Positions 1 to 11,352 are shown, numbered from the stretch's first letter. The stretch: DNA of 32,000 nt from Methylorubrum extorquens (GCA_900234795.1 LT962688.1:870001-902000), one strand, 5' to 3'. The notes: generated by a model not told the origin, from the sequence alone. A program made the numbers and translations.

Positions 1-30
1 GCTCGATGGCAGGAGCGGGACGGCAGAGGA

Positions 31-780
31 ATGGCGATGAGTGATCGGGTTGCGGTCGTGACCGGGGCGGGCTCCGGCATCGGGCGGGCGGTGGCGCTGG
101 GATTGGCGCAGGCCGGGTGGCGGCTGGTGCTCACCGGGCGGCGGGGCGAGGCGCTGGAGCGAGTCGCGGCAGAACTGCCGGGCCCTTCGTTATGCGTGCC
201 GACCGACGTGTCCGATCCGCGCGCCGTCGAGGCCCTGTTCGCCGCGGTGGGCGAGCGCTTCGGGCGGCTTGACCTGCTGTTCAACAATGCCGGGATCTTC
301 ACCCCCGCCGCGACGGTGGACGAGATCGCGGTCGAGGATTGGCTCGCCAGCGTCAACGTCAACCTCACGGGCACCTTCCTCTGCACCCGCGCCGCCTTCG
401 GGATGATGCGCAAGCAGGACCCGAGGGGAGGGCGCATCATCAACAACGGCTCGATCGCGGCCTACGCGCCACGGCCGATGTCGGCGCCCTACAGCGCGAC
501 CAAACACGCCATCACCGGTCTCACCCGCGCCACCGCGCTGGACGGGCGCCCCTTCGACATCGCCTGCGGGCAGATCGACGTCGGCAATGCCGAGACCGAG
601 ATGACGCAAAGCTTCGGGCAGGGCGCGCGGCAGGCCGACGGCTCGATCCGGCCCGAGCCCTATATGGAGGCGACGCATGTCGCCGAGGCCGTCGTCTACA
701 TGGCCGGGCTGCCGCTCTCGGCCAACGTGCTGTTCATGACCGTGATGGCGACGAACATGCCCTTCGTCGGGCGAGGGTAG
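31..780 (+). CDS. SDR family NAD(P)-dependent oxidoreductase
   Basis: 249-aa ORF with an N-terminal Rossmann motif ([11 protein letters not shown]), an NNAG motif and a catalytic YSATK (YxxxK). Third-position GC is strongly biased. Confidence 0.9.
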   Translation: MAMSDRVAVVTGAGSGIGRAVALGLAQAGWRLVLTGRRGEALERVAAELPGPSLCVPTDVSDPRAVEALFAAVGERFGRLDLLFNNAGIFTPAATVDEIAVEDWLASVNVNLTGTFLCTRAAFGMMRKQDPRGGRIINNGSIAAYAPRPMSAPYSATKHAITGLTRATALDGRPFDIACGQIDVGNAETEMTQSFGQGARQADGSIRPEPYMEATHVAEAVVYMAGLPLSANVLFMTVMATNMPFVGRG

Positions 781-877
781 GGGAGTCGGCTTTGCGTAGG
801 CGGCGCGGAACGCGTAGAGAGCGGAACACCGCCCGGTCCCCCTTCGAGACGAGCGGCCGACCGCCCCGCGGCGGCCG

Positions 878-2506
<1,629 letters not shown>

Positions 2507-2539
2507 GCGGCGTCTCCCGACCCCGCCATCCCGCTCTTT

Positions 2540-2640
2540 CCCCATCCTGAGATGCCGCGGAGCGGCCTCGAAGGAGGGTTCCGGACATCGCGCGATCCCT
2601 GGAGCCCTCTTCGAGGGCGATACTTCGGGATGCGGGAGTG
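2540..2640. repeat. imperfect palindromic intergenic element downstream of prfC
   Basis: The inner arm gcctcgaaggagggttccgg (about 2566-2585) pairs imperfectly with ccctggagccctcttcgagggc (about 2598-2619). The outer arms are weaker. Confidence 0.4.
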
Positions 2641-2703
2641 GGTTGGGCAGGCCGTCGGATAGAAGCGCTCGGTGCTGAAGCTCGATCGGCCCTTCGAGCC
2701 AGC

Positions 2704-2895
2704 TCAGTCGTAGTCGAAATCCAGCGAGCGCTCGAAGGCGATGGCGCTCATCTCGCGCCCCTTCGGGTCAGCGACGGAGATGTTGCGAAAGCCGCGTCCG
2801 GCCAGCTCCCAGGTCTTCTCGAGAGCCTGCTCGTCCGTGCCGCAGGCGAAGGCCAGCGTGCGGCCGGCGGGATCTGTGCCGATTACCTTGTACAT
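2704..2895 (-). CDS. hypothetical small protein (63 aa)
   Basis: ATG start preceded by a GGAG-containing RBS (caggagcgcggcc ATG on the minus strand). GC3 codon bias is strong. I recognise no family. Confidence 0.55.
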   Translation of the reverse strand: MYKVIGTDPAGRTLAFACGTDEQALEKTWELAGRGFRNISVADPKGREMSAIAFERSLDFDYD

Positions 2896-2962
2896 GGCCG
2901 CGCTCCTGTCCGAGCCGTGAAGTATAGGCTAGGTGCCGTCCGAGAGAAGGGGTTGGTCCGAG

Positions 2963-3005
2963 CATCGTCTTTTCCGAAAGCCGGTGACCACCTTTCGGGA
3001 CGATG
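2963..3005 (+). repeat. REP-like hairpin repeat, copy 1
   Basis: catcgtcttttccgaaagccggtgaccacctttcgggacgatg. The arms cgtc..ccgaaag / ctttcgg..gacg can pair. Near-identical copies lie at 26791-26828 and 28018-28055 in the same orientation. Confidence 0.6.
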
Positions 3006-3034
3006 TTGAGAGCGGGGCGCTCCCGCGCAGCGGC

Positions 3035-3469
3035 TCAGACGAGCAGCGCCGCCTTGTCCACGTCGAGCGCCCGGGCCAGTTCGTCGAGCACCGCGTGCTC
3101 GCTCTCGGTGATGCCGCCCTTGTCGGCCACGTCCGCCGCGATCAGGAAGACGTGTTGGCGCTGCTCCAACGGACGGTCGGCGATGGCCGCGACGTGCTGG
3201 CTGTTCTCCAGGCGCCCGGCGCGCAGCTCCGCACGGGCGAGCGCCTCGAACAGCGCCTGCTCCAGGGTGAGCGTGTCGTAGGATTTCTGAAGGATCGGGT
3301 TGGCCCGCATACTGACGAGAGCCGCCTCGATCTCCTCGTCATCGGTGTCGCCGTCGGCAACGATCACGTTGGCCGCGGCGGAGACCGCCGCCTGCATGAA
3401 AACGGAATCGCCGGCGTAGGACATCACCACCCGGTTGAAACGGATAAGGGCGTCCTGAAAAAACCCCAT
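3035..3469 (-). CDS. TerB-family (tellurite-resistance TerB-like) protein
   Basis: 144 aa. Two acidic helical repeats (ADGDTDDEEIEAAL ... ADKGGITESEHAVLDELARAL) are typical of the TerB fold. Confidence 0.7.
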   Translation of the reverse strand: MGFFQDALIRFNRVVMSYAGDSVFMQAAVSAAANVIVADGDTDDEEIEAALVSMRANPILQKSYDTLTLEQALFEALARAELRAGRLENSQHVAAIADRPLEQRQHVFLIAADVADKGGITESEHAVLDELARALDVDKAALLV

Positions 3470-3581
3470 CTTGCAATCCCCCAGGCGCCCGGCCCCAAAC
3501 GCACGACCCTGCGCACCACCCTAGCCCCGATGGTTCCAACGCAGGCAGAGAACCGTCAAGATGGCAAGCTTGACGGATCCC

Positions 3582-4343
3582 TCACAGTTCCGCCGAGCGC
3601 CGCGATAGTTCCGCCCGCAGGTGGCGCGCCGCCTCGACCAGGGCCGCGTCCCGGCGCTGGCGCGGGCGGGGCGGCGCGAGGGTGACATCCGCCGCGATCC
3701 GGCCGGGGCTGCCCGCCAGCACCACGACCCGGTCGGCGAGGTAGACCGCCTCGTCGATGTCGTGGGTGACGAACAGCACCGTCTTGCCCGTCTGCGCCTT
3801 GATGCGCTGGATCTCGTCCTGAAGGCCCTCGCGGGTGAAGCTGTCGAGCGCCGAGAACGGCTCATCCATCAGCAGCACCTCGGGCTCGACCGCGAGGGCG
3901 CGGGCGATGGCGACGCGCTGGCGCTGGCCGCCGGAGAGCTGGTGCGGCCAACGGCCGGCGAGATCGGACAACCCGACGAGCTTGAGCATCGCCGCCGCCC
4001 GCTCGCGGCGCTCGGGCTTCGACAAGCCGTGCCGCTCCAGGCCGAAGGCGACGTTGTCGATCACCCGCCGCCAGGGGAGCAGCCGCGCGTCCTGGAACAC
4101 CAGCGCCATCGGCGTGCGGGTTTTCTGGGGATCGGTGCCGAGATGGACCGTGCCGCCGCTGGGTTTGGCCAGATCGATCAGCACGCGCAGGAGCGTCGAT
4201 TTGCCGACGCCCGATTCGCCGACGATGACGAGGAACTGCCCCCGCGGCACCGCGAGATCGAGGGCGGACAGGATCTCGGTGCGCCGTCCGTCACGCTCGT
4301 AGGCGAGGCTCAAGCCCCGGATGTCGATGATGGGACCACTCAT
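3582..4343 (-). CDS. ABC transporter ATP-binding protein (nitrate/sulfonate/taurine NitT/TauT type)
   Basis: Walker A GESGVGKST, signature LSGGQRQR, Walker B LLMDEPF. The real start is the ATG at 4341-4343 (MSGPIIDIRGL), which overlaps the permease stop as ATGA. The 483-aa track ORF is an out-of-context upstream extension. Confidence 0.9.
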   Translation of the reverse strand: MSGPIIDIRGLSLAYERDGRRTEILSALDLAVPRGQFLVIVGESGVGKSTLLRVLIDLAKPSGGTVHLGTDPQKTRTPMALVFQDARLLPWRRVIDNVAFGLERHGLSKPERRERAAAMLKLVGLSDLAGRWPHQLSGGQRQRVAIARALAVEPEVLLMDEPFSALDSFTREGLQDEIQRIKAQTGKTVLFVTHDIDEAVYLADRVVVLAGSPGRIAADVTLAPPRPRQRRDAALVEAARHLRAELSRRSAEL

Positions 4344-5092
4344 GCGCGCCACCGCAGCAGCCAGCCCTGCAGGGCGACGAAGCCGGTATCGAACAGGCCG
4401 TACAGCCCGGCCATGGTGAGCATGTAGACCACGACGATGTCGGTGGAGAGGAGCGAGGAGGCCTGCATCATCCGCGCGCCGATGCCGGGCACGCCGAAGA
4501 TCTCGGCGGCGACCACCGCCATCCAGGCCTGTCCCAACGCCGTGCGCAGGCCGACGAGGATGCCCGGCGTGGCGGCGGGCAGGAGGATCTTGGTGAGCCG
4601 CGCAAGGGGTCCGCGGAAACCGAAGGCCTGGGCCACCTCGATCAGGTCGCGATCGACGTGGCGCACGGCGCCTTGGGTGGCAAAGAACACGATCCAAAAC
4701 ACGCCGATGGCGATGATGAACACAGCGGCCGAGGGCTGGACGCCGAACCAGATGATGGCGAAGGGCACCCAGGCGAGGCCGGGAATGGGGCGCAGCAGCC
4801 GCACGATCCCCGCGGTCAGGCTGTCGAACCAAGCGAACATGCCCGTGGCCAGCCCGAGGGCGACGCCCGCGAGCGCGCCCGCGCCGAGCCCGACCACGTA
4901 GTGGCTCAGGCTCTCGACGACCGCGGTCAGCCAGGCGCCGTTGGCGATCTCCCGGGCGAAGGCCGCCGGGATGGAAGAGGGCGGCGGCAGGAAGGCCGGG
5001 TTGATGAGGTCGAGCCGGGGTGCGGCCTCCCACAGGGCGAGGAAGGCGGCAAGCCCGACGACTGCCAGGGCGGCCGAGCGGAACGAGGTCAT
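4340..5092 (-). CDS. ABC transporter permease (SsuC/TauC/NrtB-like)
   Basis: 250-aa multi-TM protein of the BPD-transporter type, with the EAA-like region EVAQAFGFRGPLARLTKILLPAATPG. It is translationally coupled to the ATPase. Confidence 0.88.
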   Translation of the reverse strand: MTSFRSAALAVVGLAAFLALWEAAPRLDLINPAFLPPPSSIPAAFAREIANGAWLTAVVESLSHYVVGLGAGALAGVALGLATGMFAWFDSLTAGIVRLLRPIPGLAWVPFAIIWFGVQPSAAVFIIAIGVFWIVFFATQGAVRHVDRDLIEVAQAFGFRGPLARLTKILLPAATPGILVGLRTALGQAWMAVVAAEIFGVPGIGARMMQASSLLSTDIVVVYMLTMAGLYGLFDTGFVALQGWLLRWRA

Positions 5093-5111
5093 GGCGTCAG
5101 GATCGTGGAAA

Positions 5112-6139
5112 TCAGGGCTTCTTGACCGCGTCGAACGGCTTGGCGTCGAACAGGCCGTCGGTCGGCGCCTCCTTGTCGAGGGTGCCGATCGAGACCTGAT
5201 AGGCCTGCATCTTCTTCGTTGCCTCGATGATCGTGCGCGGGTCGGCGACGAACTTCGCAGCCGGCGAGGAGAGCGCCTTCTGGATCGTGGCGACGTCGGT
5301 GATGCCCTTGCCGAGTGCCGCCTCGACCGGCGGCGTGGCGCGCGCCGGATCGGTCTTCAAGAGGTCGGTCGCCTTGACCAACGCCGAGACGAGGCCCTCG
5401 ACCGCCTTCGGGTTGGCATCGGCGAACTTGCCGTAGACGGCCACCACGGTGCCCGGCTGATCGGGGAACATCTCCCCCGCCGGTGGCGATCAGCGTGATC
5501 TTCGGGTTGCGGCCCTGGACGATGGTAAGCGCCGGCTCGCGGATCGAGGCGCCATCGACGGCGCCGGCCAGCAGCGCTTGCTGGGTCGCGTCGATTCCCA
5601 TGGCGACGATCTCGACATCGGCCTTGTCGGCCTTCACCACCTGCCAGAGCCAGTGCTGGAGGGTAGTGTTCGGCACCGAGCCCGGCGGCTGCGTGGCGAG
5701 CCGGGCGGGGCGGCCCTCCTTGGCCTTGAACTGCTTGAAGGCCTCGGCCTTGCTCGGGGCAGACGCGAAGTAGGGGGCGAGCTTGGGGGGCTGCCACGAA
5801 CACCATCTCCTCGATGGCGGTGGCGGCCACGACCCGCACGTCAATGCCCTTGGTGCGGGCGACTGCGAGCGGCGCGATGCCGGCGACGTAGACGTCGATG
5901 GTGCCGGACGCCAGCGCCTGGATCATGTTGGGGCCGGATTCGAAGGTGGTGAAGGCCGGCGCCAGCCCGGCTTCCTTGAGCCATCCCTCGCCGTTGGCCA
6001 CGAAGACGGGTGCCGCGCCGATCACCGGAATGACACCGATGCGCACGGGCACGGTCTGGGCGGCGAGCGGGACCGCGAAGGGCACGGGAAGGGCGAGAAG
6101 CCCCGCGATCAGGCCGAAGGCCTTGAACAGATTGCGCAT
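5112..6139 (-). pseudogene. NMT1/SsuA-like periplasmic substrate-binding protein, disrupted by two +1 frameshifts
   Basis: One continuous SBP-like protein (signal peptide MRNLFKAFGLIAGLLALP...) is split over three minus-strand frames: 6139->~5790, ~5790->~5478 and ~5478->5112. The frame changes occur at a G6 run (5785-5790) and a C5 run (5474-5478). Removing one base at each restores ...VFVAAPKLAPYFASAPS... and ...IATGGEMFPDQPGTVV... Confidence 0.75.
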
Positions 6140-6350
6140 CGAAACGGGTTCCAGGGGTGCCGGATGGCGTCCCCCATGGCACAGCGGGCGCCATCTTCCA
6201 ATCGCGCTTCCACACCAGCGTCACGCGGCAGCAGCACGCCGGGCGACGAAGCTTTGCCGGCCTGCGACGGAACGGCCCCGTTCCTCCTGCCGTTTACCCA
6301 GCCGAAAGCGGCATCCACGCCGCGGGACAGACGACAGGACACCCTACGCC

Positions 6351-6779
6351 ATGAGCCTTCTCGGCAGCATCGTCAGCAAGATCCTCAACCCGTTCGGCTC
6401 GTCGGAGGCGAAGGCCAGCGAGTCGTCCGCCAAGCCCTCCGAGACGCAGGCCCAGCCGTCCTCCGGCGGCGGCAGCGCCCCGGCCTCCACGCCCACCAGC
6501 GGCGGAACGTCGTCGGGCGGACAGGTCGATGTCGAGGCCGTGCTCAACGACCTCGCCGCGAAGAACTCACAGAAGCTGAACTGGCGCAGCTCGATCGTCG
6601 ATCTGATGAAGCTGCTCGACCTCGATTCGAGCCTGCACGCCCGCCAGCAGCTCGCCGACGAGCTGCACTACACCGGCGACAAGAACGACTCGGCCTCGAT
6701 GAACATCTGGCTGCACAAGCAGGTCATCAAGAAGCTCGAAGAGAACGGCGGCAAGGTCCCGGCCGACCTCAAGGACTGA
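6351..6779 (+). CDS. DUF3597 domain-containing protein
   Basis: 142 aa with a low-complexity Ser/Gly/Pro N-terminal half. The conserved C-terminus NWRSSIVDLMKLLDLDSSLHARQQLADELHYTGDKNDSASMNIWLHKQVIKKLEENGGKVP is characteristic of DUF3597. ATG at 6351. Confidence 0.8.
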   Translation: MSLLGSIVSKILNPFGSSEAKASESSAKPSETQAQPSSGGGSAPASTPTSGGTSSGGQVDVEAVLNDLAAKNSQKLNWRSSIVDLMKLLDLDSSLHARQQLADELHYTGDKNDSASMNIWLHKQVIKKLEENGGKVPADLKD

Positions 6780-6826
6780 GAAGACCGATAGCGGTCACGT
6801 CGGCACCCTCGCCGGCATCAGAAAGT

Positions 6827-6866
6827 GGGTGGCGGGAGAGAACTCCCGCCACCCCTTTTCGTTTTC
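6827..6866 (+). terminator. rho-independent terminator after the DUF3597 gene
   Basis: Stem gggtggcgggag / ctcccgccaccc with an agaa loop, followed by cttttcgttttc. Confidence 0.7.
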
Positions 6867-6974
6867 GAGGCCGCTCGAAGGCGTGATTTCCGGCGGATTT
6901 TCCAGAAGCCGATCAAAACCGGCACAGCGCGATCTGCCAGCGCGCCGCCAGGGCGAAGCGAACCCTTCAGGCAA

Positions 6975-7009
6975 GAAAAAATCCCGCACCCTTCAGCAAG
7001 GTACGGGAT
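6975..7009 (-). terminator. rho-independent terminator (minus strand), probably the displaced native terminator of tRNA-Leu
   Basis: The minus strand reads ATCCCGTACC-ttgctgaag-GGTGCGGGAT followed by TTTTTTCTTG (one G-U pair in the stem). It lies 42 nt beyond the tRNA-like 3' fragment at 7052. Confidence 0.6.
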
Positions 7010-7051
7010 GAAATTTAGAAGACCAAGGATCTCGATGGGTCAGAGATCAAT

Positions 7052-7070
7052 TGGTGCCCGGGAGAGGATT
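7052..7070 (-). other. tRNA-Leu 3'-end-like fragment (putative distal att direct repeat)
   Basis: TGGTGCCCGGGAGAGGATT versus the tRNA-Leu 3' end TGGTGCCCAGGAAAGGACT (22964-22982): 16/19 identical in the same orientation. All three mismatches are transitions, and similarity ends in the T-loop. Confidence 0.5.
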
Positions 7071-7128
7071 GCCCACTTTCCCAACAAAATCTAGCAAATG
7101 CAGAAGCTTAGACTGCGCGCCTCGGCAA

Positions 7129-7141
7129 CGTTTGTACCACC
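7129..7141 (+). repeat. candidate integrase arm-type site (left end)
   Basis: cgtttgtaccacc is identical to 22888-22900. It lies 59 nt inside the left att-like core. Confidence 0.35.
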
Positions 7142-7233
7142 GTCGATGCAGAATTCATTCGACGGTAGGGTCGCTGGTCATTCGCCAATGTCGATCTAAA
7201 GCTGCAGCGGCTGAGTGCAGCAAACAGCACCGA

Positions 7234-8064
7234 TCAGTCCTCGCGGGAAGCAGGCGAAGGCGCATCACCGAGCCCGGGTTCTGGCGGTTGAATCGGGGCA
7301 GCGGCCTTTCGCGCTTCCGTCACAAGCGTGTCGAGAATCGCTTGCGCCCTCTGGGTAATGATCGGCCCTGCCGCGGCCGGACTTCCTGCCTCGAACGGCG
7401 GCTTGGGCGCATATTCGGCGACGAGTTGTGCCGTTCGTGCATAATCCTCGCCACGCAGGCGGGCGGCGAGTGCCAGGGCGAAGTCGAGCCCAGCCGAGAC
7501 GCCGGCGGCGGTCACCCGGTTGCCGTCAAAGACGACCCGATCATCAACCGGGATCGCCCCGAGGAGCGGAAGAACAGTATCGCGAGCACACCAGTGTGAG
7601 GTCGCGCGATAGCCCTTCAAGAGCCCGGCTGCTCCGAGGATCAGCGATCCGGTACAGACACTCGTCACCCAGCGCGCCCGGCTGGCCCGATCCCGCAGAA
7701 AGGCCAGCGTGGCAGCGTCGCGCATTTGAGCGGCTGTGCCATCGCCTCCCGGCACGAAGAGCACATCCAGTTCGGTGGGACAGTCGGCAAAGCTCGTCGT
7801 GGCAACGAGGCTGAGGCCGGTGTCGCTTGAGACGGGTCCGACGGACCGAGCGACGAGGTGAAGGGTGTCGGGTGCAAGTCCCGCCAGCAGCCCTTGTGGG
7901 CCAACCACATCGAGGGCCGTCATACCGGGATAGAGCAGCATGGCGATGCGAACTGGCGTCATCCTCACGGATGGCCTGGTTGCATCAAGCGCCTGTGACG
8001 GTCGAGCCGCCAGGAGGGCAGCAGCGGCCAGCGCAGCCGCCCCGATCTCACGCCGGTTCGCCAC
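7234..8064 (-). CDS. DJ-1/PfpI family protein with N-terminal export signal
   Basis: 276 aa with a GTG start. The N-terminus MANRREIGAAALAAAALLAARPSQA looks like a Tat/Sec signal. A nucleophile elbow SVCTGS is followed by the class-I glutamine amidotransferase-like fold motif LLKGYRATSHW. Confidence 0.85.
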   Translation of the reverse strand: MANRREIGAAALAAAALLAARPSQALDATRPSVRMTPVRIAMLLYPGMTALDVVGPQGLLAGLAPDTLHLVARSVGPVSSDTGLSLVATTSFADCPTELDVLFVPGGDGTAAQMRDAATLAFLRDRASRARWVTSVCTGSLILGAAGLLKGYRATSHWCARDTVLPLLGAIPVDDRVVFDGNRVTAAGVSAGLDFALALAARLRGEDYARTAQLVAEYAPKPPFEAGSPAAAGPIITQRAQAILDTLVTEARKAAAPIQPPEPGLGDAPSPASRED

Positions 8065-8267
8065 AGCTGTTGGCCTTCAAGTTGCGGTTCTTTCGTCCGA
8101 AAAGCGCCAATTCGGGACCTTCGTTCCAAGGCAACGGAATGGCCGCTTGTCACGTAACGGCCAACGTTGACGCGGGAGGCAGCCGCGCTTGCGGTCATCG
8201 CGGCCGGTGCTCAGACAAGAAGGCCACGACGCTTGTCCCGCCCGATGCCCGACCTCACCTCCCTCTC

Positions 8268-9530
8268 ATGGAAAGTGCGTTCGACGTCATCATCGTAGGG
8301 GGAGGCGCCGCCGGCATCGGCGCCGCGCGACGGCTGGCAGCACACGGGCTGACTGTGCTGATGCTTGAGGCGTCCTCGCGGCTCGGGGGGCGTGCATTCA
8401 CGCAGGATCTTGGTGGGTATCCGCTCGACCTCGGTTGCGAGTGGCTCCATTCGGGTGAACGCAACGCCTGGGTCGCCATCGCCGAAGCGTCCGGCTTCTC
8501 GGTCGACCGAAGCGAACCGCCATGGGCCAAAGCGCATCCCGGCATCGTCCCGGACGAGCAGGAGGCGGCGCAAAGGGCGTTCCAGGACTGGAACGAGCGG
8601 CTTCCTCACGTCGCGCAGGGCAGCGATCACGCGAGCGATGCCCTTGAGCCCGGGGGCAAGTGGAACGCCTACGTGCGGGCCATCGCCGGCTTCATGAGCG
8701 GAGTGGCGCCCGAGCGAATATCCGCCGCCGACTACATGGCCTACGACACGGCCTCGACCGGTCGGAACTGGAGCGTGCCACTTGGATACGGCACGCTCGT
8801 TGCCGCCAGCCTACCGTCCGCGGTGGCGCTGCGCCTAGCGACCCCTGCTGAGCGGATCGACCTGACGGCGGACGGCGTCGCTGTTACAACGCGGGCCGGC
8901 ACTGTCCGCGCCGGGATCGCCATCCTCACGGTCTCGACCGCAGTCCTGGCCGGCGACGCAATCCGCCTACCCTCCGGGACCGAAGCCTGGCGCGAAGCGG
9001 CCGCCGTCCTGCCGCTCGGGCGCAACGAGAAGGTCTTCCTAGAGATCGGGCGCGATACCGCTTTCGAGCCGGATTCGCACGCCTACGGCAACCTGCGCGA
9101 CGTGAGGTCGGCCGCGTACTCGATCCGGCCTAACGGCTGGCCGGTCATCGAGGCGTTCCTCGGCGGCGAGGGGGCCCGCATTGTGGAGGAGGAGGGCCCA
9201 GCCGCCGGCTTCGCCCATGTGTCCACCGAGTTGATCGCCCTGTTCGGCAGCGACGTGGCATCAGCCCTTCGCCCGCTCGCGGCCACGTCGTGGAGCCGTA
9301 TGGCGTTCATCGGGGGCGCCTATAGCTGCGCCCTGCCGGGGCAGTCGTTCGCGAGGGCGCGGCTGGCCCAGCCGTTCGAGGATCGGCTGTTCTTCGCCGG
9401 CGAGGCGACGCACCCGTTCGACTTCACCACCGCCCATGGAGCCCACGATAGTGGGGTGCGCGCCGCCGACGAGGCGTTGGCCGCGCTTCGGGCGAAACGT
9501 CCTGCCTTCCGGCGCGCCCTGCTTTCGTGA
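8268..9530 (+). CDS. flavin-containing amine oxidase family protein (FAD-dependent)
   Basis: Starts MESAFDVIIVGGGAAGIGAARRL (GxGxxG), followed by LEASSRLGGR, which is typical of the amine oxidase/monoamine oxidase fold. The C-terminal motif is FFAGEAT. The track ORF from 7827 is an upstream extension. Confidence 0.85.
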   Translation: MESAFDVIIVGGGAAGIGAARRLAAHGLTVLMLEASSRLGGRAFTQDLGGYPLDLGCEWLHSGERNAWVAIAEASGFSVDRSEPPWAKAHPGIVPDEQEAAQRAFQDWNERLPHVAQGSDHASDALEPGGKWNAYVRAIAGFMSGVAPERISAADYMAYDTASTGRNWSVPLGYGTLVAASLPSAVALRLATPAERIDLTADGVAVTTRAGTVRAGIAILTVSTAVLAGDAIRLPSGTEAWREAAAVLPLGRNEKVFLEIGRDTAFEPDSHAYGNLRDVRSAAYSIRPNGWPVIEAFLGGEGARIVEEEGPAAGFAHVSTELIALFGSDVASALRPLAATSWSRMAFIGGAYSCALPGQSFARARLAQPFEDRLFFAGEATHPFDFTTAHGAHDSGVRAADEALAALRAKRPAFRRALLS

Positions 9531-9710
9531 GAGCCGTCACGCGGGCGAACGGCGGGCGTCTTACCGCAAGGCGTCCACGCGACCTACGGCGACCACTTCG
9601 TCGCGAACCGGTCTTGAGCGTGTCCAGGCCCTTTCGCCGAGAACGGGGTCGTGGGAGGCCGCCGGCGGCCAACGACGGGGGTTCGAGTGTTCCACCGGCG
9701 CCGCGCAGAG

Positions 9711-10289
9711 TCATGCGGTCCGTTCCGTCGCTCCCTTCCGGGCCTGCGCCACGGTCAACCACACGGCCGAGACCAGGAAGTAGAAGGCGCCGAACGCGGC
9801 GTAGGGAGCGATGTCCGTGACCCCGGGCGTCGAGGCACCATTCGCCTTGAAGATAAAGTGGGCGCCCGCGAGGGCCGACTGGGCTCCGCTCAGCACCATC
9901 GCCCACTGAGCACCTGCATTCCAGCGCCGCACGCCGGTCGCAAGCTGCAGCAGGCCGGAGAGGATAGCCCAGCCCCCGAACACTGCCAGCACCGCGTGCT
10001 GGCTCCACCCCAGTGCGACGGCGACCGCGAGGGCGACGACGGTGCTAGCAGCCGCGTTGAGCGCCTGGCTGGGATTGGCGGCCAAGCCGCCACTGCGCCG
10101 CGCGTCGATAACATTGGCGACGGCGTCCCAGGCGGGATAGGCGACCAGGAGCGCCGCCGCGGCCGGCGGCATGGCCCTTCCGATGGTGAAGGCGGCCGCA
10201 ACCCAACCGACGGACACTCCGGCACGGAGGAAGTAATAGGAGCTCAGCCAGCCGGAAGCGTCACGGGCGGGTTGTTGGACGGTTGTCAT
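9711..10289 (-). CDS. DUF308/HdeD-like integral membrane protein
   Basis: About 192 aa from MTTVQQPARD with six hydrophobic segments. The family call rests only on overall resemblance. Confidence 0.5.
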   Translation of the reverse strand: MTTVQQPARDASGWLSSYYFLRAGVSVGWVAAAFTIGRAMPPAAAALLVAYPAWDAVANVIDARRSGGLAANPSQALNAAASTVVALAVAVALGWSQHAVLAVFGGWAILSGLLQLATGVRRWNAGAQWAMVLSGAQSALAGAHFIFKANGASTPGVTDIAPYAAFGAFYFLVSAVWLTVAQARKGATERTA

Positions 10290-10443
10290 TGACGTTCCCT
10301 TCGGGTGCGCGACGCAGCGGAGGATCGGGACGACGGGCAATCACGCGGCAGCCTCGGCAACCGAAACGCCAGGCTTCGTGAAAGCGGTGTCTTTTCAGAG
10401 AGATACGCGTCGCTTCGGAAGGTAGGCTTACAATCGGACGCCG

Positions 10444-11352
10444 ATGGCACCCATGACCGGATCACTGGAAAACTTGACCGTTCTTCCGGACGGCGGACCG
10501 GGCGTCTCCGGCGACCTGCTCTCGCACGTACTGGCGCAGATCCGGCTCACTGGGGACCATGTCCGATCACACGAAGTCGCGTGGTCGAACGTCTTGGACC
10601 TGGAAGCCGGAGCCGCCCATGTCCTGGTGGTCGCCGACGGCTCGCTCGACGTCGAGGACGATGGCGGGGAGCGCGTCGTGATTGACACGGGCGATCTCGT
10701 GCTTCTGCCCCGCGGGCTCGGAGGGTCCAGGCTGGTGGCGTCCGCCTCGCACGCATCGGTGATCATCTGCCGGTTCTCGTTCGATCCCCACAGCCTTCGC
10801 GGCATGATCTCAGCCCTGCCCGGGCGCATCCACATCCGGCGCGCCGAAGGAGCCGGGTGGCTTGACGGCATCGTACCCTTCCTGATGGTCGAGGTGACTG
10901 ACGACGAGCCCGGCGCGGCCCTAATGATCTCACGGATCATCGACGTCATCGTCATCCGCACCTTGCGGACCTGGGTGCAGCGCGGGCACACCACTGGATG
11001 GCTGGGGGGGTTGTCCGACGCCCGCATCGCCCGAGCGTTGAAGGTCATACACGAGCGACCACTGCAGCGCTGGAGCGTCGACACCCTGGCCGACGCGGCC
11101 GGCATGTCCCGGTCGAGCTTCTGCGAACGTTTCGCCGCGCTCGTCGGGCGCTCGCCACTGCGCTACCAGAACGAGTGGCGGCTCACGCTCGCCCGGAACA
11201 TGCTCGTCGCCCGCGAGGCACGTGTCGGCGAGGTCGCACTACGGGTCGGCTATGAGTCCGAAGCAGCGTTCAGCCGTGCTTACAAGGCGATGTTCGGCCA
11301 TCCACCGAGGGACGAGCCGGCACTGCCGAGCGAGAAGAGATTGCAAAAGTGA
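10444..11352 (+). CDS. AraC family transcriptional regulator (cupin-type N-terminal domain)
   Basis: The C-terminal double HTH reads SVDTLADAAGMSRSSFCERFAALVGRSPLRYQNEWRLTLARNML ... VGEVALRVGYESEAAFSRAYKAMFGHPP. Confidence 0.88.
   Translation: MAPMTGSLENLTVLPDGGPGVSGDLLSHVLAQIRLTGDHVRSHEVAWSNVLDLEAGAAHVLVVADGSLDVEDDGGERVVIDTGDLVLLPRGLGGSRLVASASHASVIICRFSFDPHSLRGMISALPGRIHIRRAEGAGWLDGIVPFLMVEVTDDEPGAALMISRIIDVIVIRTLRTWVQRGHTTGWLGGLSDARIARALKVIHERPLQRWSVDTLADAAGMSRSSFCERFAALVGRSPLRYQNEWRLTLARNMLVAREARVGEVALRVGYESEAAFSRAYKAMFGHPPRDEPALPSEKRLQK

Noticed and set aside
3582-5033. 483-aa version of the ABC ATPase ORF
   Set aside because: The N-terminal 230 aa overlap the permease gene in another frame and are Arg/Pro/Gly-rich. 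The conserved ATPase begins at the ATG at 4343, which is coupled (ATGA) to the permease stop.
6140-6350. Possible riboswitch (for example TPP/THI-box, given the NMT1/THI5-like binding protein) in the leader of the ABC transporter operon
   Set aside because: I read the minus-strand leader and found hairpins (for example GATGGCG...CGCCATC). I did not find the conserved CUGAGA / ACCUGAUCUGGAUAAUGCCAGCG-type TPP elements or any other riboswitch core I recognise.
7051-7599. 182-aa plus-strand ORF spanning the island junction
   Set aside because: It starts in AT-rich junction DNA that includes the tRNA-like fragment, then runs antisense to the DJ-1/PfpI gene. There is no coding bias in the first part.
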